DNA from: Tubiluchus corallicola
Lineage: Eukaryota; Animalia; Priapulida
DNA length: 64,000 nucleotides
Direction: 5' to 3'
Assembly (NCBI GenBank): GCA_030141605.1
Contig: JAQGDQ010000097.1
Location: forward strand, 372,001 to 436,000
The position numbers and the translations under genes are program-made. This document shows, piece after piece, positions 25,911 to 39,372 of this stretch; position 1 is the stretch's first letter, and every line of letters starts with the position of its first letter. The notes under the pieces were generated by a model, which was given only the letters and a program-made list of their open reading frames with translations, ran no database searches and was not told the origin of the DNA.

Positions 25911-27060
25911 GATATTTGGCAGCCTGAGCCAGAAATATAGTGATCGCAAACAAAACTGGCAAAGAGCATTTCGTTGTTTACCTGGTTACACGACGTACAT
26001 GCAGGTATTTATGACGTCGCAACATGACGACATTACTAAATACAATAGTTTCGCCTACAGGATGATACAAGATGGTGTAAAAATGAAATTCCATCCAACA
26101 GCTACGTTTCTTTTTAGTGTTTCAAGTTCGAGCAATCTCAGAAAAAATGGGATATAATATATTTAAATATAATTAGAATACAAACCTTGATACTATTTTG
26201 TTCAGTGATTAATGTATTAACGACACATGCTTATTCGTGACAATACCGTAATGTGACGTTTTGAATTTTTTTGGCTACAGGGTGCCGGCTTGTAACCTCA
26301 TATAAGCTTTCCTAGACACATGTCACGCTTGAGGTCGAATGAGAACACTGCCCTAATTCATTATTTGATTTAGATAGGATAAGACAAAAAAGATATTTAT
26401 TCAGAATAAAACTGATTGAGCAAAACTCGTTTACAACAAGGTCCCGATTGCTGGTTGCAGTAATTTAAAATTAAGAAAAATAAATACATTGTAAGTACAC
26501 AAACCTTAAATTTATAAAACATATACGAAAATCGTACAGACATTGTGTGACTTAATACAGAAAGAAAACAAGCACACACACAAAAACAAAGGTAAGATTA
26601 CAATGTGAAAAAAAGCTTAAAACAAGCAAAAAACTTGTGTGTTAAAATGGAGAAATAAAACTACAAGCAACTGAAAAATAAATGTCATCAAATTAACAAG
26701 ATAGTAAAAGGGAGCATATCAAAGCAAATTAAAGCAATGATAAAAAACATTCACATTGAAAACCCAAGATCTAAAAAGCTAAACGGAAGCTAAGATCACA
26801 ATTGTAAAAAAGAACTAATTGAGGAGAAGCAAAAAGCCTTTCCAACGGCAGGAAATGGATGCAAGGAAAACTGCTACCAGTTGGCACAAAATCAAACCTA
26901 GATAACGCCCAGATGATGACACTGTACGTTGTATCGAATTATATTATTTGAACTTTTGTCACTTACTTGTTGCTGCTGGCATATTTACTTCGGCGGAGGT
27001 AAAGAATGAGATAAAGAGAAGGCGAAGGAAAAGACGGAGATAGAGAAACAAAAAGACAGA

Positions 27061-27062
<2 letters not shown>

Positions 27063-27155
<93 letters not shown>
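27063..27155. repeat. (GA)n microsatellite
   Basis: About 46 uninterrupted GA units. Confidence 0.97.
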
Positions 27156-27156
<1 letters not shown>

Positions 27157-28789
27157 AAGAGAGAACATTTATTATGTACTTGACAATCGTTGGGTTAAGT
27201 GCTTGATGCATCATGAATTGGGAAAAAATAAATAAAAACAACAACAAAACAACATGACATAAAAAAGAGAGATTAGTTAAACAACTGAGCTGTTATTGAC
27301 TCATTGGGCTGACGATAATGCGTTGAAGAGGTTTGCGAGTCGAGTATAGGTCTATTAAATTTTGAGCTTTGGGGTGTTTAGTTTCTTTATTACATTATCA
27401 GTTAGTTTTATTACATTATCGGTTATTGTTTACATTATGCGTTGATTTTTATGTGTTTATTTGTGAGTTTATTACGTTATCCGTATCAATACGTTATACC
27501 AATATAGGGCGTATGTTATAATATGATCAGGTGTAAGCAAAACGTACTTACAAAGACTTACTTCTATTCCGAAATTATTCCTAGGTGTAATCTTGTTTGC
27601 TGAATTTGGGGGATTTTTAAATGTACGAGCAAACAACGGTTTATTAATATCACATTTCGTCACTCGTTAATGCTCAGACGTAGCGGATTTTGCTTATTGA
27701 ATCCGTTTTTATTGGTAGCTTTCCAAATAAGTCCGAAACTCAGCAATGCGAAGCCAGTTTTCAACCCAGCCCACAAACAAAAAAAATTTTGAGGCATATC
27801 GCACCCACATGCCATTGCAGTCATTTACAATATTTGCCATCAAAGCATTTCCAGATTGCACACTTCTTGTAAGCAGACTATAATAACATTTGCATCGTAT
27901 GTAAATAAAATGTGGAAAAGATAAATCTACACATATCTGAGATGCGCTGCAATCATATTTAAAGTATAGATGCTGTTCAGCTGAGCTATAAGGCATATCT
28001 GTCAGTCTAGGGGCTTATCTTTGCAGTTATGCCTTGATAAATGAACGACAGAATGAAGATTATTTGCTATTCACCTGAACAAGACTATAGGAACATGACT
28101 CACCCTGTGCTTTAACCTTTAACAACATAAACTTTTGACATAATGGTTTTACTTTATTTTTATGGTGTGATTGAAGGTCCAACTCTTAGTCTTCTTTTCT
28201 TATTTTTTATTTATAATAAAGACATGTGCATACAACTAGCCAAGCAAACAATTTCCACGCTGCTAAAGTGCAAAACAAATGTTTTGAAGCATTTTGTTAA
28301 ATATAACGGCACCTTTGAATGGAACAATATTCCATACGGCACAAAAATGTTAGACAAGTGCAACATCAGAAAGCCAAAACGTTTTTTACTTAGTTTCTAT
28401 TAAATTGCGATTTTAGATTAAGCATAATGTTGTATTGTGTCATATTTTTTTAATTATCATTTTAGTTTTATATTAGTACTTATATATGACGCTTTTTAAT
28501 CAGTTACATTTACATTTACTACTTTTATTGGCACAACTAGCAAAAGGTAAAAATGCCAAATTCATTGTAACAGAAACAGGCGAATAAGTTGTTAGACTTT
28601 AACACCTCCTTGTCGTGAAAAAGTCACAAACTCGAATTTTTTTAACATACTTCACGTACTGTACTTCATTTTATTGTACTTATTTGTAAATAATAATAAT
28701 TTTCCTTTTACTTTTGTATATTTATACGGATTTGCGGCAAGCTCATAATAACACAGTTAATTCATTCATATTGTGTGTTCTTACGTGCC

Positions 28790-29080
28790 AAGGTGTGCTT
28801 AATAATATACTTAGGGAAGCTTGTACCTAGTGTGTACTTAAAGACTGTGTTTAACCTAGGTATGTGCAATGTGTGCATAATAATGCACTTAATTCGTGCT
28901 AAGTAAAGTGCTTAATTGGTGCTCAGTGTGCTTGATTACGCACAAAAAAGCGCTAAGTGTATAACATTTGCTGAATTAATGCTTATTGTGTGCTTAATGT
29001 GTACATAAAAACACAGCTTAATTCATGCAGAGTTGGTGCTTAGTTGGTGTGCTTTCTTAAACTGTGCTTAAACAGTACAA
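28790..29080. repeat. Degenerate minisatellite built on GTGCTTAA-like units
   Basis: Recurrent gtgtgcttaa / gtgcttag / gtacttaa / gtgcataa variants at roughly 10-20 bp spacing. Confidence 0.55.
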
Positions 29081-30466
29081 TCAACCAATACCTAGTAGTG
29101 TCCTAGATGGTGACCTATTTAATGAGTTAACGAGTGCATAATAAGTGAATAACACACTTAATTCGAGTTTGTTTAATGTGTGTAAATAATATTCTTTATT
29201 GGGGCCAATGTGTGAGTACTGTCAGTTGAGCATAGCCGGTCAAGTTGGACAGATAGATGTCTCTCCCTCATATAGCATCTAGCATAAACTATTTATCTGG
29301 TACATCGATATCTTTTACTTATTATTTATTAAGACGAATGTAAGATACTTGTACAAATAACATACTCAAGTAGAATTACAATGACGGTGACAACATAGGG
29401 ATCATAATTTGCATGTCAAAAACACAATGTGAAGAATGCAAACAGTGACAAAGTTGTAAGTCATTTCTCAAGTATACCTGTTAGTGTGCTTACTACTCAA
29501 GTAATCAAGCAGTCAAGCACACTTACAAGGCATATAAATGTACAAAAAAGAATTACATCCATTCCATATATTACTGGCTTAAAAGAATCAATACCACTCC
29601 GCTTACTCACCCATTGAATGTACTATTTTAAAAAAACAAAAATACGAAAGAAAACAGATTCATGAACACCTTTCTCAAATTACCTAGCAACTAATGATAT
29701 CATTAATTAGTTAGATAATGACTGTGATTGCCAGGGTGTTTATAAACCTTGCAGTTTGTTTTTAACAATTATTACCCATTGCGGGTAATGAGCTGGAAAA
29801 AGGATATGCTGAAAATTTTTAAACAACCAGGAAATATACACATATTTGACGAAAACATGTGCGGTTAATATTTTGACATTTTTACGCAACATTCAACAAG
29901 GCGGTTGACTTTTCCTTATTAAAAGCTCTGTTATGATACTGTTAAGTGTTGACACAATTAGTTATCAGCCACGCGGCATGTAAGGACTGCACAACAGTCA
30001 AAAAATAAAAACAGTGTGTTGTGAGTTTTTCGAAAATGATCTGTATAAGGAATTTGCTGTTAGTACAGATTATGCAAGTGTAAGCAGGTGTATAAACAAA
30101 AATATGTTGTCAAATTGCTGTACAAAATTAATGTTGTACAGGATTCTCAATGTAATGAAGAAATAAGGCCAGGTCGAAAAAATTTATAAATTTGCAACTT
30201 GCAAATGTTAAACAAATTGCTACGAAACAAAATGGTACAAAGTTAATTATTATACCAAAGAAGAAAATTTAAAAACAAATTCAAACTCTCTAAAAGATTT
30301 CAACAATGCACGTGAATAAAAAATAAGCCATCTAAGCAATTAAAGTGAAGATTTGGTTACATCACACTTTGAAACCGTATTATCACATCTGTCAATTTTA
30401 CAGGTACTTTTTACATCAGAGCTGATCTCACTCATAGATTTTGCACTAGAGTCAATTTTAATCGTA

Positions 30467-31240
30467 CTATCTACAACCTTTGTCTTTATCTGAGTTTGAA
30501 GACGTGCCCGAGCAAAATGCTGACGAACTGTCCACTTCAACAACACTATATGCATGATCATCACCATCATCATCAGATTCACTTAACTCTAGGTCATCCA
30601 TATCTGCCCCAAGCCACAGCTTTTGTGACTTTTGTTTTGTTTTACATTCAGGATTAATATCTGCTTTACGCTTTCTTGTTCCAACAGAACTAGAGGAAGC
30701 CTGAAGACCTTCAGTAACTGCACTTTGCACACTGTCTTGTATAGCAGATCGTTCGTCGTGGTAATTTGGATCATCAAAATTATGTCTGGGTGCAGATAAC
30801 AATTTCTCTAGTTTCTCTTTCTGACGTGCAGCTTCGGCTCTTTCACGTTCCGCTTTCTTTTCCATCCAGTCTTTTAGGCGCTGCTCATTATTAATGTCTC
30901 TCAAACGTCTGCCGCTCAAATCACGACAAGCTTCCCTGTTAGTAGTTTTTTCAATTTGTGCTCCAATAGCACGCAGCATAGAACCAAAACCGCCCTTTCC
31001 TCCATTTAGTCTTGTTCGAATTTCGTATATCTTGTCAAATTCGACTAGGTCGTAATCATTCGCTAGTTTTCCATTACAAATTAAATAGATATCAGTTAAA
31101 GAAACACGTTCTCTCTTTGCTAACGCCTGTTTAATAATTCTCATATAATTTGAGGATTCAGGAAAATGCTCGCCTGGCAACAGTATATTACAACATTTCA
31201 AACGTCCATCGCAACATCTGTACAACAAAGATGTATTCAT
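30467..31240 (-). CDS. SDE2: SDE2 homolog (ubiquitin-fold-activated splicing and replication-stress factor), intronless, about 257 aa
   Basis: YLICNGK...RLNGG^KGGFGSMLRAIGAQIEKTTNREACRDLSGRRLRDINNEQRLKDW is the SDE2 signature. The first in-frame ATG is at 31240; the ORF-track start at 31291 is a TTG. Confidence 0.93.
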   Translation of the reverse strand: MNTSLLYRCCDGRLKCCNILLPGEHFPESSNYMRIIKQALAKRERVSLTDIYLICNGKLANDYDLVEFDKIYEIRTRLNGGKGGFGSMLRAIGAQIEKTTNREACRDLSGRRLRDINNEQRLKDWMEKKAERERAEAARQKEKLEKLLSAPRHNFDDPNYHDERSAIQDSVQSAVTEGLQASSSSVGTRKRKADINPECKTKQKSQKLWLGADMDDLELSESDDDGDDHAYSVVEVDSSSAFCSGTSSNSDKDKGCR

Positions 31241-31397
31241 ATTTAATTTGGTCTTCTTCCACGCAACTTTAGTGATTGAATGAATTTTCAAAAAACAAAT
31301 TAAAAACTACAATTTAACACCAACAACTTCGACAACACAAAGTATTACAGCTTGCCAACATCAATGTAGGGCGCAGAATACGCCACTATTATTAGTA

Positions 31398-31420
31398 CAC
31401 TTCCGCTAATGCGCATGTGC
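31398..31420. promoter_or_regulatory. ETS-like (CACTTCCG) and NRF1-like (GCGCATGTGC) motifs upstream of SDE2
   Basis: Adjacent housekeeping-promoter motifs about 160 bp 5' of the SDE2 ATG in a locally CG-richer patch. Confidence 0.45.
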
Positions 31421-31440
31421 TAAATTTGCGGAAAAGCAGT

Positions 31441-31700
31441 GTCGTACATAGGCAGCACAAGTAGGGCATTGGCGATTTCTGTCGAGAATTATGACATAGT
31501 AAAACATAACATAAATTTGTTTTAGAAAAAATTAACTTTGTAATAATGATGAATAGTCTTTGACAATTTACAAATGTAGTTTTTATAATTAGCTCTATGT
31601 ACGACGTGTCCTACTTGGGCTAGCCCATGTACACGACGCCTACTTGGGGTAGCCCATGTACGCCAATTGTCCTACTTCGGCTAGTGCCCTACTCGTCTCC
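31441..31700. repeat. About 30-bp tandem repeats with an inverted copy (probable foldback/MULE-like MITE remnant)
   Basis: ATGTAC...CCTACTTGGG(C/G)TAGCCC three times at 31597-31690; GTCGTACATAGGCAGCACAAGTAGGGCATTGGCG (31441-74) is an inverted relative. Confidence 0.55.
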
Positions 31701-31979
31701 CAACAGTCAAAATGACGTATTCACGTCGCTGTTTAACTTTGAATCCGAGTGAATCCTACTCAGTGCCAATTTATTTACAATTACGGTACTGCTCGCTACC
31801 CCTTCCGCTTGGGGAGTCCCGAAACCAATTTACTTTAAAAAAAACGATCACCTTCTACCAGCTTAGTAGATTTTCACTGGAGTGAACTGGTCTACTAGAT
31901 CTGGGCAGAGTCACAGACTTTAGAATTAGAGGAACCTTACATTCTTGTATAATTTCGTTCTTGATTTGAATGATGCAGC

Positions 31980-32230
31980 GTGCTGTTCTGGAATGAAGCT
32001 TGTTCCGAACCTGTTGATGTAATTTCTGGAGTTCCGCAAGGGACAGTATTGGACTATTATTATGTTCAGATATTCACAAATTATTTTCATGCAAAAGTCT
32101 CACCTTCAGCGAGGCATTTTGCTGACAAATATCATGTTATGCATTACCCTGTCAAGTCTTATAATAACTGCCTTACTCCACAGAAAGAATTAGATACATT
32201 ACATAATTTTATCCTTGAAAAGTGTGACAT
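31980..32230 (+). mobile_element. Degraded non-LTR retrotransposon reverse transcriptase fragment
   Basis: SEPVDVISGVPQGTVL...ARHFADK matches the LINE RT motifs SGVPQGSVLGP and LFADD, with decay. Confidence 0.75.
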
Positions 32231-35149
32231 TATTCTCACATTCGTTTCAATGTTTCAAACCAGCAGTATATGTTCCAGATAATTATTGTGAACCATAAAA
32301 TTTGACTTCATGGGTACAATATTTAGGTTTCACCATGTCGAGAGGCTTAAAAATTATATTCACTTATTCACAAGGTAACAAGCACAGACAAGCACATGTT
32401 ATGAATTTTTGTTAAAAATCACATTAAGTGTCTGTCGAAGCCTGAAATTCTGCCTGCATTCTAAATACGTGCTAAAAACTGTTAGTTCATCTACAAAATC
32501 GTCAAGAAATTAGCACATATCAAGCTATCTGTGCATGTGGACTTTTGATGGTGTGCGGCCAAGATTATCTAAAATTGTGACTATATAGTTACATGCCTAA
32601 GTTAATTTTATTATTTTAATGAAAAGCACGCTTTACTATTGTAATATTGTTTTGATAATAATTACCTTTATGTCAAGATTGTTGACATAATATTGATGAT
32701 GGCACAAACCTATAATTAATTAAAATGAAAATGTTGAAAGATAGGAAATGTGGTTAAAAGTTGGGATAGAGTTAATTAAAAAGGAGAAGTACTAATTTAC
32801 AAAGCAGGCGCCTCAGAACACTGTTTAAAAGAAGTGTTGAGTTTTGTTCAAATCCCTACTTTTTCACATTTTCTGTCTTTCAAGTTTATTAATTGTGGGT
32901 TCGCAATTTTTATGGCCAATCTAATCACGCTCATGTAACACAATGAGGAGAGAGCTGAATGGTCAATGAGTTCTTTCTGTGTTAGTATATGTTAACACAG
33001 TTTCCCAGCTATTTTAAAAGTGCCGATCGACAGATACAAAGTTCAACATTAGCTAAGTTTCACCAGGCAAGCGCGATTTTGCTGAATATTTTAATTGCAT
33101 TTTGTTCACTTATTTTGCAATCTGTAGGACTGTTACAAATTTTACAATTATGACAATGTAATTACGACTTAACAAGTTATTCAAGCACACATAATACCAG
33201 CAACAACAAAGCAGAATTTTTTTCTGTAAAACTAATTTATTTATCGGCAAATCCTACACTATGTTTCATCTGAATTAAGCGTCGTCTGCCGGACATCCGG
33301 AATGCGTTATGTGTTATCAGCTGCGTCAAACAATTTATTAAGAATAGCCACAAAATACATAACGCGGTCTGAAAACAAGAAGATATCCGCGATCATTGTG
33401 AGCAAGCTGTAGTTCTGCTTGCAATACCGTGTAAAAAATCATGGTCATAGATGTGTATCACAGCTTATACAGTGTACTACGTCAGGACTGCGGGAGTTGG
33501 TTATAATGTACAACATGTACTTATGCGAATGTGTACATCTCACCGCTACACCAGAAATTCAAGATAGCGTAGGAAATGGCTCCAATAATGGAGAATCAAC
33601 ACCCCGTCCAACTATGCAAAGTGTGACAGCTAGATCTTGGCAGATACAAATAAAGACTAATTGCGTCCTTTGGATAAATACTTGGACAGCTGTAATGGTA
33701 GCGTTTATACACAAAGTACAAAAATTGTTAGCTTGAACAAACTGAAATTATTATCTCAAATGTAATGTTTATCTAGGCTCGAGCAAGGATATCAAGTTTA
33801 TCAGTAAAGTATCAAAACTTAATCGATCAAGATTAACAAGGTGAATTAAGAAGTTTGACCTTACTCACCTAACTCGATAACTTGCGTTTATTCACCATTC
33901 TTCACCTATGCATAGTAATGAAAAGTAATATTTATATTATTATATTAGTTTTACAGCTAATTACATTTTGCTTCAATTGTTTTGACAGTGTACTAATATT
34001 TTTAACAAGTGAAAAATAGACGAATTTTAATTATAATTCTGGTGATCGTGAATTGATTCTAATTTTCGCATTTCGACTCCTATCTCGGTTTTGGCGTCCT
34101 CCTCGGGCCGTTAAACAATGCATAAATCGGAAGAGGCGCTCAGCCCCACCCACCTTGATGATGTAACACGCGTTCTCACAAACACTCGTTCGCTGGAAGT
34201 CGCTACAGCATAATAGCCTAAACAAATGTGGAAAACATGGATAGCTACTGTGCTGTCATCTGCCCAGGTTTTTAGTTTAAAAATCAGTAGATTTTTAAAA
34301 AGTCTTATAAATGGCAGAAAGACAACAGGTTGTAAATAATGCACCTTATATTATTATTCATTATTTCTTTACTTCGGTAATTTATTTTTAGAAATATTAG
34401 TAGCATTATTTATTGCTATAATTATTATTACTATATTGATATTACTGTTATTAATAATTAACATATTACAAGTTAGACAGCCTAAACTTTGTGACTTTTA
34501 ATAATTGCAAAATGTACAGTCTTGTTATCATTCATACAGTCATGCCCAACCAACGAAATCTTATGTAATGCCGTACAGTATAGTATCTGCAATATCTTAT
34601 TCCGGTGCGTTGTGTCTTGATATAGCCATTTGTAGATGTAGCAAGCAATAATAATAAAACATTAGGAAACTTCGAGCAATTCGCGGGATTTTTATTAATT
34701 TTGAATGAGGTGAGCTGTTCGTGTTGCTCCCGCATGCTTCAATGTACTTATGCTAACCTTTCTGGGTAGCAAACATCCACATTACATGTGCCTAAAGCAC
34801 AACGCTTCAGCATTCTATACTCTCTTTCACTGCTATTTAATGAATTTAGTAAGTAAAAACAATCATGCTCACGCACTTTCCCTGTATATTAATAGCGCTG
34901 AGCACGGGAGTAAGTCCCGACACGAGCAATCGAAAAGTCGAGGGCCGAAATACAGAGGCCTGAATGGCCGTTGCGAAGTTTATATACTGTGATTTATGTA
35001 TTCCAATTCGAGCTTGGCAATCATTATCGAGTGCTTAGGTCAGTGTTTATCACTTCACTATGTTTACCCCAATGCGACTTTGCTTATGTGCAATAAATGC
35101 AATTCTAACACTAAATAAACCTAACTTACAATAGATCCACATCACATGT

Positions 35150-35950
35150 CAACACAGGTTCTATCCTGTAAGTTTTAAAGTTATTCGGTGTTACACATTA
35201 TTTTGGCTTCTACATCTCGAGCCTTTAAAGAAGCCCAGCTTTTAAAAAACCAAGTGCTCATACATCTTCCCCAACTTACATAAATACTTATGTATTCAAA
35301 TTAATTCAAAGTACTAGGAAGAGTTGAGTGGAAATCGAAAACTAACTGATACCCAGAGTCCTTGACCCTTTGACAGAGGTCATTATTTGCCATCTCTACA
35401 TCACTTTCAAGGCCCTTCCCACAGGTGTCTATTTGTAAGTTTCTTACCACCAGCCCTCTATCTTTGCGAATAAAATTGGAAACTGGATTCCTAACATATA
35501 ATGGTGAAATATAACAGCCCATGGATTCTGATAGGTCTGTGATGCTTAGTGTTCGCTGATAGAAATAATTTTATCAAATTTGAAAGATGCAATCCACATT
35601 ATGGTAAGGAACTGTAAGCTGGGAACAGTATGTAGGATTACATATTCTTTTATAAACATCACATGCAACATTTAAATCAATTTAATAGATTAAAATAGCT
35701 TTAAATTAGAGACGTAAACCCATTAGATTGAACACTTCACTTTTAAAGCTAAACACTAAACTGAAGTGCCTCGTATCCATGCAAAGTCCTTGGAACACAG
35801 GTCCTTGGAATTGTGTGAGGCTGCGAGCTGGTGTAAAAACGTGGCGTTTAAATTTACTTTTCGTCGGTGCGTTTTCTTTTTTGACGACGTCAGTAACATG
35901 GCAATTGCTAGTGCAAGTGTAGTGTTGTCAGTATGGTTATCAGCTTTAGT
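35150..35950 (-). mobile_element. Possible heavily degraded Harbinger transposase remnant
   Basis: LAIAMLLTSSKKKTHRRK (N-terminus-like) and LQIDTCGKGLESDVEMANNDLCQRVKD loosely resemble Harbinger F.YIDVG..GRESDGG.F.NS.L; several stops and frameshifts. Confidence 0.3.
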
Positions 35951-36277
35951 CACTGAATAATAGACCAGACATGTGTGCTCATTTCTGCTTACTGTTCTGG
36001 CTCGCTACTAGGCATTTACTTTTTACCGTAATATTTCGTAATTTATAATTCATTTTATTGTGTGAATAAAAATGTAAAATTACTGTGCTTAGAAAAGCAC
36101 GCGTACTTTCACTTTCAGCCTATGTATGGAAAGGCTGGCTGCTGTGTTAAACACTTTGTGTCCAAAATGTAAGCTTGCTGTGCTCAATCACTGTTTTGTC
36201 AATAAGAACGCCCAGTTTTTTAATAATAATTTATGAGATTGACAGATTTAGAAAATTGTCTCTAGATTAAAGTGTGA

Positions 36278-37330
36278 ATAATAATAATAATAATAATAAT
36301 CTTTTATTTATCTTTTAACACACACAGTTACAATACAATTAATTTAGCAACAAAAATGTGAAGAAAGGGCAGCGAAAGACCAATTGGTCATCTAGTCAGC
36401 TGCCCTTTGGTTAGTGATGAACATTTTTTAAAGGCGCTATGCTACAGTGTATTAGTGTTAGTACTGCTTATAATAAAAATTAAATTGTTAGGAATGACAT
36501 AAAATTGATAATGATATGCTTATAATGTGTTAGTACAATTCATACACAGTAATAATAAGTGCATAATAATAATAATAAAAAAATCAAACTGAAGATAACT
36601 GAAATAAGGACTGAAACAAGAACTGAAATAAAAATCTGACATCAGGAACATAATAACAATGGCAACTGAAATTTACTTTATAACGCAAGCATAATGTAAA
36701 AAAAAAAATACAGAGCGATTTTTGATGATCTGATGTAAAATAAATTGGCAGATAGTTAGAGCACAAAAAATTACCTGTATGACTGCATGAGGAGATTGAC
36801 AATTGGAGTACAGACTTTGAAATTGATCTACAGAAGTTAGACAATAAACAATTAAATATGGAAGTTAATTGATCCTGCTATAACAGTAACTGCTCTTGCA
36901 AAAGGAATAAAAGTTGTTCAGTAATAAGTTTGCAAGAGTTGACATTTATATAATTTACTTAAGTGACAGATACTAGTTGATTGCTTAAGATCATCTGAAA
37001 GAGTATTCCATAGAACTGTACCATTATGTTTTAAAGTTTGTAAACCTTTTGTTGTGTTAAATCTTTCTTGAAAATAGTTTTGTTTGGTAGCTGCTCTCGT
37101 AGAATACTGGTGAACGTCACTAATCTTTTAATTAATGAAGTAAATGCATCAACTGGGTATCGGTGCGTTAACAGTTTTGGTTTTTCTGGTTTTTCTCTGG
37201 TTATTGTTGTGCACATGTTAAACCTATCGAACACTCTGATGAGTTGGTTAAACTCACTGCTAGTATTTTCCTTAAAATAGGCAAAAAGAAGACAACAGGT
37301 AATTTTTCTAGAGTCCACAGGGCTTGCCAG
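36278..37330 (-). mobile_element. L2/CR1-group LINE 3' fragment with (ATT)n tail
   Basis: Minus strand near 37028-36920 reads HNGTVLWNTLSDDLKQSTSICHLSKLYKCQLLQTYY*, a typical ORF2 C-terminus. 3' stem-loop AAGGGCAGC...GCTGCCCTT (about 36365-36408), AATAAA, then (ATT)n at 36278-36300. Confidence 0.65.
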
Positions 37331-39372
37331 TTTTTCACATTTAAATGTTGTTGCAATTCTTCTAGAAATATCTCACTTTGGCTTAATGGACTCAGAATGT
37401 TTGCTGCTTGCTAATGGAGCTTGTACGAGCCTTATCTTTCGAAATTTAATAACTCAACTGGCCATACAGCTTCATTGAACCTGTTTTATGTTGATGTACC
37501 TGGATTTCTATCTAGTAGAAATAACGAAATACAGTACACAATTATGCGTGTTGCTGAACTACTTTATTTGCAATGCGTTCTGACGCACTAATACATAACA
37601 GAACCCTCAGTGTACTTTTGAATATACTGACATTTAGGGCACTAACCATATTGTTTGATCAAGGCATTTCAGCAAGGACAAACCCATGTAAATCGTAGTG
37701 GCAATGAGTTGGGATGAAGAAATCATCTTTACTCGAGTTCGTCAAATCCGTTCAAAAGTTTATGATAACAACTTATGAGTTCGCTAGTTTCACATCTCTG
37801 ATGCATCGGGCAGATATCCTGAGCTTGCTGACTTGTCAGTCGCATTTGCAGATCTTTCCATTTTCCATATTCCATTTCAAATTGCTCGAAATCCATCTAC
37901 TGAAATCTTTCACTTCATTTGGCTGATCCGCAAATTTTCTGCCTAAAATCATTGTTGGGTCTTATGCATACATGGCACAGAACATGCTACGTGCCACAAG
38001 ATTATTTACAGAACAATATTTAAGTACACTTACAGCAGTTACAGGCTACTAAAATTGGGCAACAAAATGCACCTATGTAATTGTTATAATTTCACATTCG
38101 TAAATAATTTATGATGATTAATAGTAATAAATGCTAAGTTATGTCATTAGTAAAACACTACTAAATTCTCAGGAGACTTCAGAAGCAGACTTATGTAAGG
38201 CCACCTAAGTATTAAGCTATTAGTAACACACATAATTAGTAGAAGAGGCGACTAGTAATAAAATGAAGATTATAGAGAAGCCCAAGTGACAAATATGTAC
38301 AGGGCAGTGTACCAATAAAAAAACTGATTTAGACTGAGTGAAACTACATATATGCTAAAGGGCAGTTGGCAACAATATCAGGTGCAGATAATTTTACAAA
38401 TAGAAAAATTGTTATGTTGACTTTTACTACAAATTGAAGGCACAAAGACACAATTTTAATCCTTAATATGCAGTCATTTTATAAGAATGCAGAACAACCA
38501 ACTAAACATGCGCTTCATCAATGATCTACATGTCATTTTGCATAGGAACATAAGCTTACAGTACAGTATTGTGGAATGCACCTGGCTTCAGACGCTGATT
38601 GGCTGGTTGGTGTTACTTGTTGCACAGCAACCCTATTTCCATGGCTGTTAAACTTTTCTACAATGCTTTCGCATGGCCGTAGCAGTGAAATAAACAGACC
38701 TGGGTGACTGCGCTTAGTGCTGAATTTGGGCAGCAGTCTACCACCATCTGTCCCTTGCATGTAAAACATAGGCAGCAGAGTGCCGCCTTCCATAGTGAAA
38801 GGATTAAGACAACATAGATTAGGAAGCAGTACGTTACTGATAATGTTCCTTGTTACTGTTGTTCGAAGTTGGTTTTTTCGTATCAGCTACAATACTCATA
38901 TTTAACTCTGGGCACCAATTCAATATGATATGATAGTGCAACAAAAGTTCCAGATGTACTACTTTTTTGTTTGTGCTTGTAACACTGTAATTCTCATTTT
39001 AACAACTGAGATTAAAACTACATTAAGCTGAAATGATGAACATAATTAACCTTTTTCTGATTTCTAACTATTAGATGTAAAATTTTATCAGTGATGATCA
39101 AATGCTTTTGTCCTATCGTTTGAATACTAACAGATCTACCAGGCAAAAACCCATGTTGCTTTGCAAAGATGCACTTATTTGACAAGTTCTATGTTAAACT
39201 TAAATTTTTGTTTATTGGTTGGCAGTTTTGGACAATTAGTTTAAAGTCATAATGAGTCTTAACTATTAGTTAGCACACTTTTTTGGTCTTTAATGTGATA
39301 TTGTTGTTTTTTTAGGCCACTAGGTAACATGTGCATACGGTAAACAGAACACTAACTTGAACAGGTGTCATC

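Noticed and set aside
26959-27247. (SL)n ORFs
   Set aside because: Artefact of the (GA)n microsatellite.
31597-31690. CRISPR-like short repeats
   Set aside because: Eukaryotic context, degenerate adjacent units, no unique spacers and no cas genes.
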